This document shows, piece by piece, positions 1 through 9,732 of a stretch of 64,000 nt of DNA (its first letter is position 1; every line of letters starts with the position of its first letter). The notes under the pieces are model-generated. The model did no database searches. It had not been told where the DNA came from and saw only the letters and a program-made list of their open reading frames with translations. The DNA comes from Planctomyces sp. SH-PL62 (GTDB lineage Bacteria; Planctomycetota; Planctomycetia; Planctomycetales; Planctomycetaceae). A program made the position numbers and the translations under genes. The stretch is from NCBI GenBank assembly GCA_945893045.1, contig CAMDEA010000004.1, forward strand, positions 40,717 to 104,716. The letters are read 5' to 3'.

Positions 1-3000
1 TGAATCATCTCGTGCTGAACCGTTATCGAACGTCAACGCGACCTGCGCTTGAGCCGTCAGCCGCCGGGACTTTTCGGGATCGTCATGCGCTTCCGTGAGT
101 TCAGCGGCGGTCAGTTCGCGATGGAAGATGCGCACTTCGTCAACGGCTCCGACCAATGGTGACGGGCTTTTGTAATCTCCCACCGAGCCGCCGTTGTCGC
201 CGCCGATCTCCAGAGGTTGCGCGGGATTGGTCGCGATCAACGCCTTGCTTGCGGACTTCGCTTGTAGCTTGCCATTCACATACAGCTTCATCGACTTGTC
301 CGCGCCGAGCACTCCGGCCAGATGACACCAGCCGTTCGGCAGACGAATGTCGGCCGTCGCCGTCGCGAGTTCATTGGCGGCTCGAACATGGAACGACGGT
401 TTGCGTCCTTCAATCGTCAAGGCGTATCCGTTCGTCGGACCACCGTGCGCGACGACAACTCCGGCCGGAGCGTCGGCCTTCACCCAGGCTTCGACGGTCA
501 ATGCCTTCTTGGCGGGATCGAGCGAGTCGGACTTCTCGAACGAGACCGTGAAGGCATCGCCCGCGGCGCGTTTGCCCTTCGCTCCGGGTTTGGCACCGGC
601 TCCAGGAGCCGGCGCGTCTCCGGCGGCATCGCGACTGGCGGAGAAGAGCTGATGTTCGAGCGTCGTGGTCCAGCGGTAGTACTGTGGCTGCCGTGCGTAG
701 CCGAAGACGTCTTTGTCATTGAAGACCATGATGCGGCCGGACGGCGTGTACTTGCCGGCCTGGTAGTAGCCGTTGTGTCCTCCGGCGAAGCTCTTGCCAT
801 AAACCCAATACGAACGATGGAACCAACTGTCGTCGAGGTAGCCCATCGGCGCGAACAAGTGCCGGCCGGGGCCTTTTTGATTTCCCCCTTGTTCCTCCGC
901 GTTTCCCGAGATCGGGCCGATGTCGATGCGTTGTCCCTGCGCGTCAAACTTTTGAGACCGCAGATAAATGAACTCGCTGTCGGACGAGAGGAGGTCGTTC
1001 AAGCCGACCGGCATTTGCAGCGTCTTCAGTCGCACTTGAATATCCTCGCCGGTGACGGGATCACGATCGTCGATGACCGTCTCCGACAACTTCGTGCCGG
1101 TGCGCGGGTCGAGCCGCATGTATCTCATACCTTGATCGAGGAAGCTCGAACGGCCGACGACGAACGTGAGCACATCCTTCTCGACCAGCACCGATCCATG
1201 CACGGGCCAGACCGATTCGATTTGCTCGAACGAACCCAAGCGGCGATCGACCGGAGCGGCTCGATAGCGCCACGCCAGCGCGCCGTCGGACGCGCGCAGG
1301 CAATACACCCAGCCGTCCACCGAGCCGAACAGCAGCCGGCCTTTCCAGTACGTCGGCGGCGAATCGACACGCCCGCCAGCCGTGAATGTCCAACGCGACT
1401 TGCCGTTCGCCACGTCGAGCGCATGCACCGTGTGCTGGTCAATCTGCGCGACGAACACCAGCCGTTCCGCAATCGTGAGGGCGGACAGGCGACCCGGCAG
1501 CTTGATCTCCCAAGCCATGCTCAAGTCTTCGAGCAATTCCTGTCCGGACGAGCCGCTGCGGGCGTTGTCGTGCCGATACGCCGGCCATTCCTCGACCGTC
1601 GCGTCACGCTCTTTGATCGAATCAAACGCCGGACCTTTCTCCAAACGATCGGCCTCGGAGATTTCTTTTGGCAGCCGAGCGGACTTCAGTGGCGGAGCCA
1701 GCGCATTCAACCCGTACAACTTCGCTTCGGGATAGCAGGCGCAGTCGTGCGGCGGAGCGTAGATCAAACCGTTACATGGCATGACTCCGTACAAACAGCC
1801 GCCGCGTACCCAGTGGTTGATGTCCCAGTGCTTGGCATTGAAGTCCACCAACTCGATCCCCGTTCGCGACGGAATCAAGAAGCGATCGGTCGCCTTGGCG
1901 ATGTAGCAGCGATGATGGAACCAGTACGTGTCGATATCGGGAGCAAACTGCGATTTCACTTCGCCCGATTTCGGATCGCGACCGGTGTAGATGCCCGAAT
2001 CACGTCCGCTGGTCGTCGGAGCCACCCACACCAACCCGCCGGTGCAAATCAAATCCTGCGGCGATTGATAGCCGGATGGAGCATGCTCGGATTCCCACAG
2101 CAACTTGCCATCGGCCGCCGAGAACGACTGCATCCGACCATCGCCGCCGGCATGCAGGACGACCTCGCCGTGCAGCACCAGTCGTGGCGCGAAGTGGTAC
2201 GGGAGCGCCTTGCGTCGGGTCGTCGGCTCGCTGGTCCATTGCGGCTTGCCGGTCGCTCGGTCCAGGCTGACGATCTCTTTGCCGTTGGAATAGACCAACC
2301 GTTGGTCGTTCACCGACATCGTCAGCGGCACGATCGTCCCTTCGATCTTCCACATTCGCTTGCCGGTCGCGGCGTCATGCGCCTGAATCTCGCGCGGGCT
2401 TTCGCTCCAGGTGAACTCCCCCGCGACTCGGCCTTGATCGCCGGTGTTGAGCTTCGGCGCGAACTCGTCCAACTCGGACTCCTTCGCATTGACCAGAGTG
2501 AAGAGCACGCCGTTGCTCAGCACGATCTCTTCCGCACCCTTCGTCGATTCGTAGATCAACTCCGTCTGGCCCGTCGCGGCATCGAGCCGGCTGACCGGGT
2601 CTTTGATCCCCGTCGTCACATAGACGTGTTCGTCATCCGCAACCAGCCGGCGAGCCAACTGAGTGGGCCCGCTCTTGAGCGGCCACATTTGATTGTGCCA
2701 CTTGGCAATCGGCCGCTTCCACAGGATCGTGCCGTTGAAGCCGTCGCGCGAGATGAGATGCCACTTCGACGGAAGCTGGATCGAAATCCGCGAGCCTTCA
2801 TCCATGATGTAAGTCATGCGTCCCTTGGCCGAGACCAACGCGCTCATGCTCGCCATGCGATCGTGGTGCCGCGACCAGCGCGGTGAACCGACCCACTGCA
2901 ACCGCTCTGGCGCATCGACCACGCGGTCGTGAGCCACCGGGTTTCCCGTCGAGTCGTGAAAGTAGTGCGTCCAATCGTCGATGTCCTGCGGCCACGGCTT

Positions 3001-3441
3001 GACGAGCTTGGTCCATGCGCCGTTCTGCTGGAGATAACCGACCCCATTCGGGCAGAGCACCCGCAACACTTCGTCCGTCGAGACACCCAGCGACTCTTCC
3101 GCAACCACCAGATTCACGAAGTTGTCGATGTACGGCAGCGACGTGCCACTGAGCCGATCGACCGAGACCGGTCCATAAACTCCCTTCGCCCGCAGATTGC
3201 GGCGAGCCTTCGCCACGTCCTCCGCATCCGGATCAAGTCCTTGCACCTGATAGCTGTCGCTCACCCGCAGTGCGGCGGTGAGTTCTCCGTCGCCGCTTCC
3301 CAAATGGACGACGATCCCTCCTTTGATCCCCGTCGCCTTGAGAATCTCCGCCGCTCGTTCCTTGGGAGCGACCGTCTCTTGAGCCACCGCGACGGCCCCG
3401 AACACGATCCAGCAACCGATCGAGCATTTCCAAATCGTCAT
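1..3441 (-). CDS. Secreted PQQ/BamB-like beta-propeller repeat protein with N-terminal methyltransferase-like module and C-terminal LamG (concanavalin-A-like lectin) domain; 3' end lies beyond base 1
   Basis: Absent from the ORF track because it has no in-window stop. My reverse-strand translation from ATG 3441..3439 (GAGG a few nt upstream) stays open and in frame to base 1. Motifs: MTIWKCSIGCWIVFGAVAVAQE (signal peptide); GGIVVHLGSGDGELTAAL (GxGxG); WPAYRHDNARSG, GKSRWTF, DGWVYCLRASDGALAWRY (propeller repeats); LTVEAWVKAD..WCHLAGV..MKLYVNGK..VDEVRIFHRELTAAEL (LamG). ORF 322..2886(+) is its Arg-rich antisense shadow. Confidence 0.8.
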   Translation of the reverse strand, partial: MTIWKCSIGCWIVFGAVAVAQETVAPKERAAEILKATGIKGGIVVHLGSGDGELTAALRVSDSYQVQGLDPDAEDVAKARRNLRAKGVYGPVSVDRLSGTSLPYIDNFVNLVVAEESLGVSTDEVLRVLCPNGVGYLQQNGAWTKLVKPWPQDIDDWTHYFHDSTGNPVAHDRVVDAPERLQWVGSPRWSRHHDRMASMSALVSAKGRMTYIMDEGSRISIQLPSKWHLISRDGFNGTILWKRPIAKWHNQMWPLKSGPTQLARRLVADDEHVYVTTGIKDPVSRLDAATGQTELIYESTKGAEEIVLSNGVLFTLVNAKESELDEFAPKLNTGDQGRVAGEFTWSESPREIQAHDAATGKRMWKIEGTIVPLTMSVNDQRLVYSNGKEIVSLDRATGKPQWTSEPTTRRKALPYHFAPRLVLHGEVVLHAGGDGRMQSFSAADGKLLWESEHAPSGYQSPQDLICTGGLVWVAPTTSGRDSGIYTGRDPKSGEVKSQFAPDIDTYWFHHRCYIAKATDRFLIPSRTGIELVDFNAKHWDINHWVRGGCLYGVMPCNGLIYAPPHDCACYPEAKLYGLNALAPPLKSARLPKEISEADRLEKGPAFDSIKERDATVEEWPAYRHDNARSGSSGQELLEDLSMAWEIKLPGRLSALTIAERLVFVAQIDQHTVHALDVANGKSRWTFTAGGRVDSPPTYWKGRLLFGSVDGWVYCLRASDGALAWRYRAAPVDRRLGSFEQIESVWPVHGSVLVEKDVLTFVVGRSSFLDQGMRYMRLDPRTGTKLSETVIDDRDPVTGEDIQVRLKTLQMPVGLNDLLSSDSEFIYLRSQKFDAQGQRIDIGPISGNAEEQGGNQKGPGRHLFAPMGYLDDSWFHRSYWVYGKSFAGGHNGYYQAGKYTPSGRIMVFNDKDVFGYARQPQYYRWTTTLEHQLFSASRDAAGDAPAPGAGAKPGAKGKRAAGDAFTVSFEKSDSLDPAKKALTVEAWVKADAPAGVVVAHGGPTNGYALTIEGRKPSFHVRAANELATATADIRLPNGWCHLAGVLGADKSMKLYVNGKLQAKSASKALIATNPAQPLEIGGDNGGSVGDYKSPSPLVGAVDEVRIFHRELTAAELTEAHDDPEKSRRLTAQAQVALTFDNGSARDDS

Positions 3442-3657
3442 CGCCGACCTCAATCATTCGAGTGCAGAAAGGAACAGGTTCGGACACCTCTGACTCGCAA
3501 CAGCGTATCCCGTCTCCGCGTGATCTTGAACCGTGCTGGGAATTCCCAAGCGACTCTTCGGGATCGCATGGCGGCGCGGGATATTGACGGCCAAAACTTC
3601 CACCTACTGCTCGCGTCGATCGCATCGACGGCTGGCCAATTCGTCAATCTACGGAAG

Positions 3658-3752
3658 CTGTAGCCCGACCCCTTGTGGGTCGGTCGATTCGACATGTCTC
3701 GGAGAATTCACACGATTCTGAATCCTCCGACCCACAAGGGGTCGAGCTACAG
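3658..3752. repeat. REPIN-like inverted repeat with GTAG...CTAC termini (two inverted hairpin units)
   Basis: Left arm ctGTAGcccgaccccttgtgggtcgg (3658..3683) is the reverse complement of the right arm ccgacccacaaggggtcgaGCTACag (3727..3752) with one mismatch; 43-nt spacer. Each arm also self-folds (cgaccc-cttgt-gggtcg). It lies in the divergent intergenic region between the two propeller genes. Confidence 0.9.
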
Positions 3753-3901
3753 TTTGCCTAACGCGACGAATTAGCCAGCCGTGCGATCGCATCGACGGTA
3801 CTCGTGAAGCCTCTGCGGCAGTATGCTGAACTGCGATCCTGAAGCGAATTGTCTGGCCGAAAGGCCGCTCTTGATTGGCGATTCTTCAACTGCGAGGACG
3901 A

Positions 3902-6900
3902 ATGATGCGACAACTTTCGACGGCTCACTTTTGCGGTCTGGTTTTGAGCGGGATGTTGTGGGGAGCGATCTCCGGCGGTGTCTCCGTCGCGGCGGATTGG
4001 CCCACCTATCGCGGCGACAACGCTCGCGGCGGTGCGTCGGCGGAGACCGTTCGAGTTCCGTTGCAGCCGCGCTGGATCGCGAGCGCTCCCGGCGTTCCGC
4101 GAATCTCGTTTTCGAGTGCCGAGGGGCGAGTCATCGAAGGGTTTTTGCTGGGACACCGTGCTAAGTACGATGACGCCATCCATCCGGTCGTTGTCGGCCA
4201 GCAAGTTTTCTTCGGGTCATCGGTCGATCATCAGTTGCACTGCGTCGATCTGTTGACCGGCGCGGAACAGTGGACGTTCTACAGCGGCGGGCCGATCCGG
4301 CTCGCGCCGACGGTGAATGGCGGCCGCGTTTATTTCGGTTCCGATGACGGGTTCGTTTATTGTCTCGCCGTTGCCGATGGCCGGCTGCTGTGGAAGCTGC
4401 GGGGCGGCCCGGCGGACGAGTGGTTGCTGGCGCGCGGCGAGATGGTGTCGCGCTGGCCGGTTCGTACCGGCGTGCTGGTGGATGAAGGAGTCGCGTACTT
4501 CGGCGCGGGAATCTTTCCGCACGACAATGTCTTCCTGACCGCGGTGAATGCGGCCGACGGTTCGATCGTCTGGAAGCAGGACAACATCAGTTCGCTCGAC
4601 GCCGGGCGAAACGATTTGTCGCCGCAGGGATACCTGCTCGCGAGCGACAATCTGCTGGTCGTTCCCTCGGGGCGATCGCTGCCGGCGGTGTTCGATCGCG
4701 CGACCGGACGCTTGCTGCACAAGCGCGAATTCGGTTTTCGTTCGACAGCCGGAGGCGTCGTCGGCAGCGTGCAAGCGTTGCTCGCCGACGGGCAAATCTA
4801 TTCGGCCGGGCCGCATCATCTGCTGGCCATGGAACAGAAGACCGGCGACGTCGGTTTTGGCTGGATCGCCGGGCGGCAGATGTCTGTCAGCGGTGACGCG
4901 GCCTACGTCGCCACCGGTGATGTTGTCGCGCGGCTGAATCGGTTGGAGTACGCGACCAACAGCCGCCGCCGGCATCAACTGGAATTGGACATTACGAGCT
5001 TCAACAACCAAATTCGTGCTGCCACCGCCGTCCCCGACAAGGCAGTCGAGATTCGCAAGAAGATCAGCGAGGCTCAAGCGGAACTCAAACGCATCGCCGA
5101 TGTCGGCATCGTCTGGCAGACAAAGTCGACGGACGATTCCGCGCTGCTCGCGGCCGGCGATCTCGTGTTTCTCGGAGGCCAGGGGCGCGTCGCGGCTTAC
5201 TCGGCGAAGTCCGGTGAAAATGTCTGGCAAAGTCACGTCGACGGAGAAGCGCGCGGCTTGGTGATTGCCAACGGACATCTGCTGGTCAGCACGAACACCG
5301 GGCACATCTACAACTTCGCGTCCGCCGAACTCAAGCTGGCCGCGGTGCCACCCGCCGCGAAGCCGATCGACAATCCATTTCCTGATGACAACCTGACCGC
5401 GATGTATCGGCAGGCGGCTGAGGAAATCCTCAAACGCTCCGGCGCGAAAAAAGGCTTTGGCCTGATCGTCGGCAACGAACAAGGGAGGTTGGCTTACGAA
5501 CTGGCGAAGCGCAGCGAACTGAAAATCTACGCCGTCGAAGCGGACGCGAAGAACGTGGCGGCTGCACGGGCCAGCCTGTCGCGAGCCGGACTCTATGGCA
5601 CGCGGATCGTCGTCCATCAGGCCGATCCCGCGAACGTGCCGTACTCGAACTACTTCGCCAACGTCATCGCGTCCGACTCGCTGTTGAGAAACGGTGCGCT
5701 GGTTGGCGATCCGCAAAAGCTCGCGCGGCATTTGAAACCGTTGGGGGGCGCGATCGTGCTGGGCCAACCGGCAGGAGCATCCGGAAAGTCCATCGAGATC
5801 GCCGACGTCACGGCTTGGCTGCAACGAACCGAGCTGGGCGAACATGCTCAACTCAAAGCCGCTGATGGCTGGGCCACGCTGGTGCGCGGTGCGTTGCCGG
5901 GAGCTGGCAACTGGTCGCATCAATATGGCAATGCGGCCAACACGGCGGTCAGTCTCGACAAGCGCGTGAAGGGCGATCTCGGCGTCCTGTGGTTCGGCGA
6001 TCCCGGACCCGGTGACATGGTCAATCGCCATGAAGGGGCGGTCGGCCCGCTCGCGACCGGCGGCCGATTGTTCGTCCAGGGCGAGGACACGATCCAAGCT
6101 TACGACGCTTACAACGGCACGTTCCTGTGGAAGTACGAAAACCCGAAAGCGCTCCGCACGGGCGTCTTTCAAAATCAAAACCCCGGCAACCTCGCGGCGT
6201 CCGACAATCGACTGTTCCATTTCGTGAAAGACCAGCTCATCGAACTCGATGCCGCCACCGGCGAGACCAAACGCATCCACCGTCTGCCGCCCGACAAGGA
6301 CAACGGCAACTACGAATGGGGCTATGTGGCCACAGAGAACGGCTTGCTGTTCGGCACGGCCACCATCCGCAAGGAATTGGAAGCGAAGCTGAAGCGGCGC
6401 GGGCTGAAGACCGATGACGCAACCGATGGCATCTTCGCCATCGACATCGAAACCGGGAAACACCTTTGGACTTACAACGGGGCGAGCATCTCGCATCACA
6501 CCATCGCCATCAGTCCGGAGAACGTCTATTTCATCGACAGCTCGATCACTCCCGAACAACGCGCGGAGCTGCTGCGAGCGGACAAGACCGAGCTGGCTAA
6601 ACTGACCGGCAAGGAACTTGAGATCGCGGAAGATCGCGCCAAGAAAGCCGACCTCCGTCGAGCCGTCGCGTTGAACGCTCGCACTGGCAAGCTGCTGTGG
6701 GCCAATCCGGTGGACGTGACCGATTGCAGCGACATCGGCATCGGCGGCGGCAAGCTCACGCTGATGGTTCACGACAACGTCCTGCTCCTTGGCGGAGCCA
6801 ACGCCAACGGCCACTATTGGAAACAGTTCGTCGCCGGCGAGTTCTCGCGACGCCGGCTGGTCGCGCTCTCCGCGCTGCACGGCTACAAGCTGTGGGCGAA

Positions 6901-7888
6901 GGACGCCAATTATCGGCACCGTCCCATCATCGTTGGCAGCCAGGTCATTGCCGAGCCTTGGTCGTTCGACCTCGGCAGCGGCGAACAGAAGACGCGGCAG
7001 CATCCGCTGACCGGCGCGGCAGAGCCTTGGAGCATCATGCGGACCGGGCATCACTGCGGCATGTTGACCGGTTGCGAATCGGGCATGTTGATGTTTCGCT
7101 CCGGAGCGACTGGTTTCTACGACCTCGATTCCGATCAAGGGACGCGACACTTCGCCGGTCATCGCCTCGGCTGTTGGATCAACGCCATCCCGGCCGGCGG
7201 CCTGGTGATGATCCCCGAAGCCAGCGCCGGCTGCGTCTGCCTGTTCTCGATTGCCTCAACCATCGTCATGGAACCGCGCGAGACGCGCCGCCCCTGGACG
7301 ATCGTCAGCGCGGTCGGTGCGCAGACTCCCGTGCAGTCGATGGCCCTCAACCTCGGCGCTCCCGGTGATCGCAAAGATGCGGACGGCAAAACGTGGCTCT
7401 CGTACCCGCGACACAAGGCGTATCAGGAAACGTCGCTCGACATCAAACTGGATCTCAAACCCAAATTCAAAACCGGGGGCCAATTCACCAGCGTCAGCGA
7501 ATCGCTGCAGCCGATTGACGGGACCGAGTCGCCTTGGCTCTATACGTCCTGGGCCGAAGACGTGGAACAACTCACGCTGCCACTCCTCGGCCCGAAGGAC
7601 CAGCCAGCCACCTACACCGTGCGGCTGCACTTCGCGCGACTTGGCACGAGCGACCGCGAACCGATCGTCTTCGATGTCCAATTGCAGGGAAAAACGGCGG
7701 TGGAGAATTTGACGTTGCCGATCGTCCTCGCTTCGTCCGCGGGAGATGCGGACGGGCACGCGACAGCGATCGTCCGCGTTGTCGAGAATGTACAAGTGAC
7801 CGACAACCTGGTTGTGAACTTCGTCGCCAAACAAGGCAAAGCTCGGTTGAGCGCGATTGAGGTTGTGAGAAACGAAGCCGGACGATGA
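3902..7888 (+). CDS. Secreted PQQ/BamB-like beta-propeller repeat protein with internal methyltransferase-like module and C-terminal malectin-like domain
   Basis: Track ORF 3875..7888 starts at TTG; I prefer ATG 3902, preceded by GAGGA. Signal peptide MMRQLSTAHFCGLVLSGMLWGAISGGVSVAADW. Propeller-type repeats: WPTYRGDNARGG, GRVYFGSDDGFVYCLAVADGRLLWK, GSIVWKQ, GENVWQS, GTFLWKY, GKHLWTY, GKLLWAN, GYKLWAK. MTase-like block GFGLIVGNEQGRLAYELAKRSELKIYAVEADAKNVAAARASLSRAGLYGTRIVVHQAD. Malectin-like C-terminus ATYTVRLHFARLG..IVFDVQLQGK. Confidence 0.9.
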   Translation: MMRQLSTAHFCGLVLSGMLWGAISGGVSVAADWPTYRGDNARGGASAETVRVPLQPRWIASAPGVPRISFSSAEGRVIEGFLLGHRAKYDDAIHPVVVGQQVFFGSSVDHQLHCVDLLTGAEQWTFYSGGPIRLAPTVNGGRVYFGSDDGFVYCLAVADGRLLWKLRGGPADEWLLARGEMVSRWPVRTGVLVDEGVAYFGAGIFPHDNVFLTAVNAADGSIVWKQDNISSLDAGRNDLSPQGYLLASDNLLVVPSGRSLPAVFDRATGRLLHKREFGFRSTAGGVVGSVQALLADGQIYSAGPHHLLAMEQKTGDVGFGWIAGRQMSVSGDAAYVATGDVVARLNRLEYATNSRRRHQLELDITSFNNQIRAATAVPDKAVEIRKKISEAQAELKRIADVGIVWQTKSTDDSALLAAGDLVFLGGQGRVAAYSAKSGENVWQSHVDGEARGLVIANGHLLVSTNTGHIYNFASAELKLAAVPPAAKPIDNPFPDDNLTAMYRQAAEEILKRSGAKKGFGLIVGNEQGRLAYELAKRSELKIYAVEADAKNVAAARASLSRAGLYGTRIVVHQADPANVPYSNYFANVIASDSLLRNGALVGDPQKLARHLKPLGGAIVLGQPAGASGKSIEIADVTAWLQRTELGEHAQLKAADGWATLVRGALPGAGNWSHQYGNAANTAVSLDKRVKGDLGVLWFGDPGPGDMVNRHEGAVGPLATGGRLFVQGEDTIQAYDAYNGTFLWKYENPKALRTGVFQNQNPGNLAASDNRLFHFVKDQLIELDAATGETKRIHRLPPDKDNGNYEWGYVATENGLLFGTATIRKELEAKLKRRGLKTDDATDGIFAIDIETGKHLWTYNGASISHHTIAISPENVYFIDSSITPEQRAELLRADKTELAKLTGKELEIAEDRAKKADLRRAVALNARTGKLLWANPVDVTDCSDIGIGGGKLTLMVHDNVLLLGGANANGHYWKQFVAGEFSRRRLVALSALHGYKLWAKDANYRHRPIIVGSQVIAEPWSFDLGSGEQKTRQHPLTGAAEPWSIMRTGHHCGMLTGCESGMLMFRSGATGFYDLDSDQGTRHFAGHRLGCWINAIPAGGLVMIPEASAGCVCLFSIASTIVMEPRETRRPWTIVSAVGAQTPVQSMALNLGAPGDRKDADGKTWLSYPRHKAYQETSLDIKLDLKPKFKTGGQFTSVSESLQPIDGTESPWLYTSWAEDVEQLTLPLLGPKDQPATYTVRLHFARLGTSDREPIVFDVQLQGKTAVENLTLPIVLASSAGDADGHATAIVRVVENVQVTDNLVVNFVAKQGKARLSAIEVVRNEAGR

Positions 7889-8102
7889 TGAACCTGACAA
7901 TGACTCGAAATGGCGCGGCGCATTGATCGGTGGCCGTCCGCCCGTGCTCGATCAGATCGCCGCCACGCCTTCGGTTAGCGCGGGAAGCCTTCATTGCAGG
8001 GCGATGGCTTGCTGCTGAACTCCACGACAACTCGCACGACGCCTGCAACGGAGGCAAACCCAAGACGGATGAACCGGCATCGAAGAAGAAGGGGAAAAAG
8101 TC

Positions 8103-9602
8103 ATGACTACGAAGATCGCCTCACTCTGCCTCCTCCTTTGGATTCTTTGTCCTTCGCTCGTCGCCGCGAAGAGTCCGAACATCATCCTCCTCATGGGAGA
8201 TGACCACGGCTGGGAGGAGACCGGGTACAACGGCCATCCGCATGTGAAGACACCGGTCCTCGACGAGATCGCCGCGACCGGATTGCGGTTCAATCATTTC
8301 TACGCGGCGCATCCCAGTTGCTCCCCCACGCGAGCCAGCTTCTTGACCGGTCGCCATCCCAACCGCATGGGCACGTTCGCGCCCGGCTGGTCGCTGCGGC
8401 CGCAAGAGATCACGATCGCGCAGATTCTCCGCAAGTCCGGCTACCACTGCGGTCACTTCGGCAAATGGCATGTCGGCCCGGTCAAGGCTGGCTCGCCCAC
8501 CAGCCCCGGCGCGATGGGCTTTCACGATTGGGTCTCGCACGACAATTTCTTTGAGCTGAATCCGTCGTTGTCGCGCAATGGCGGGCCGCCTGAAGTTTTC
8601 CAAGGCGAAAGCTCCGAGATCGTCGTGAATGAAGCGATCCGCTTCATCGACAGCGCCCGACAAGCAGGCAAACCCTTCTTCACGATCGTGTGGTTCGGCT
8701 CGCCGCATGAGCCGTATAGCGGCCTGCCCGCCGATCTCACGCTCTACGATGACTTGCCCGCAAAGTACTCGAAGATGGTCCGCCTCACGTCCAATGAAAC
8801 GGGTGGTCCGGTGACTCGGCCGCAAGGCGAAGTGTTGCGCGAGCGTTACGCGGAGATCACGGCGATGGATCGCGCGATCGGCCTGTTGCGAAAGCACCTC
8901 GCCGCGCAAGGTCTCCGCCAGGACACGCTGCTGTTTTACTGTGGTGATAACGGCACCTCCGCCGACGCCGCGCTCGGCCTGCCGCATCGCGGAGTCAAAG
9001 GCCAGGTCTATGAGGGAGGCACGCTCGTCCCCGGTCTCATCGAGTGGCCGGAGCGCATTCCCAAGCCGCGCACCACCAGCGTCCGCGCGAGCACCAGCGA
9101 CTTGCTCCCCACGCTCAGCGCGCTCGTCGGCCAGCCAGTGCCGGATCGTCCGCTCGACGGCATGGATCTGACCCCCGTGCTGGATGACAAAATGACCGAG
9201 CGCCCCAGCCCGCTCTTTTTCTGGGAATACAACACCGCGCGACTCGCACGCGCGAAGCCCAATCCCTGGATCGATCCTGAGCTGCAAAAGGGGACCACCC
9301 CGCTCGTCAAGTTGATGGGCGGCAAAGCCACGCGCGACTTCACCAACTACCGCCATCCCGCCATCACAGAGGACGACAACTTCGGCCCCCGCGCCATCAT
9401 CGAGGGCAAGTTCAAGCTCGTCATCCATGAGCAGAAAGCCGATGCGCCCAAACGCGAGCTCTTCGATCTCGCAGCCGATCCTGCGGAAAAGGCCAACCTC
9501 ATCGAGCAACAACCCGCCCTCGCTCAAAAACTCCAAACCCGACTCACCCAATGGCAGCAGTCCGTCCTGCGCAGCCTCACCGGTGCGGATTACGAACACT
9601 GA
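8103..9602 (+). CDS. Arylsulfatase (formylglycine-dependent sulfatase family), secreted
   Basis: ATG preceded by AAGGGGA. Signal peptide MTTKIASLCLLLWILCPSLVAA. Motifs NIILLMGDDHGW, CSPTRASFLTGR (C-x-P-x-R formylglycine motif), GKWHVG, FGSPHEPY, YCGDNG. Confidence 0.95.
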   Translation: MTTKIASLCLLLWILCPSLVAAKSPNIILLMGDDHGWEETGYNGHPHVKTPVLDEIAATGLRFNHFYAAHPSCSPTRASFLTGRHPNRMGTFAPGWSLRPQEITIAQILRKSGYHCGHFGKWHVGPVKAGSPTSPGAMGFHDWVSHDNFFELNPSLSRNGGPPEVFQGESSEIVVNEAIRFIDSARQAGKPFFTIVWFGSPHEPYSGLPADLTLYDDLPAKYSKMVRLTSNETGGPVTRPQGEVLRERYAEITAMDRAIGLLRKHLAAQGLRQDTLLFYCGDNGTSADAALGLPHRGVKGQVYEGGTLVPGLIEWPERIPKPRTTSVRASTSDLLPTLSALVGQPVPDRPLDGMDLTPVLDDKMTERPSPLFFWEYNTARLARAKPNPWIDPELQKGTTPLVKLMGGKATRDFTNYRHPAITEDDNFGPRAIIEGKFKLVIHEQKADAPKRELFDLAADPAEKANLIEQQPALAQKLQTRLTQWQQSVLRSLTGADYEH

Positions 9603-9668
9603 ACCGACTCAGGAAAACACCGATCGCCAGAAGAACGACTCGACGTGACGGCGACTGAAAACAGCGAC

Positions 9669-9722
9669 CATCAACCCCAGGTGCCAGCGCGAAGCGGTCA
9701 TGGAGGAACTTGCCGATATCGA
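9669..9722. repeat. ~55-bp sequence shared with 52066..52123 (direct orientation)
   Basis: By hand alignment, the core gccagcgcgaagcggtcatggaggaacttgccgat matches gccagcgcgaagccgtcacggaggaactggctgat at 31 of 35 positions. Both copies also share catcaa upstream. Both lie just downstream of the stop codon of a secreted-enzyme gene. Confidence 0.75.
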
Positions 9723-9732
9723 TTGGAATGAA

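Noticed and set aside
322-2886. 854-aa plus-strand ORF (and the overlapping 156..551 and 347..652 ORFs)
   Set aside because: The translation is Arg/Ala/Gly-rich with no recognisable motif. The opposite strand encodes a coherent signal peptide, propeller and LamG protein that is open across the whole region. This is a typical high-GC antisense shadow ORF.
4217-7162. 981-aa minus-strand ORF opposite the 3902..7888 gene
   Set aside because: The composition is shadow-ORF-like (R, A, G, V rich, no motifs). The plus-strand product has clear propeller, MTase-like and malectin-like motifs.
8121-9599. 492-aa minus-strand ORF opposite the arylsulfatase
   Set aside because: The plus strand carries the diagnostic CSPTR sulfatase signature. 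The antisense translation is featureless and Arg-rich.
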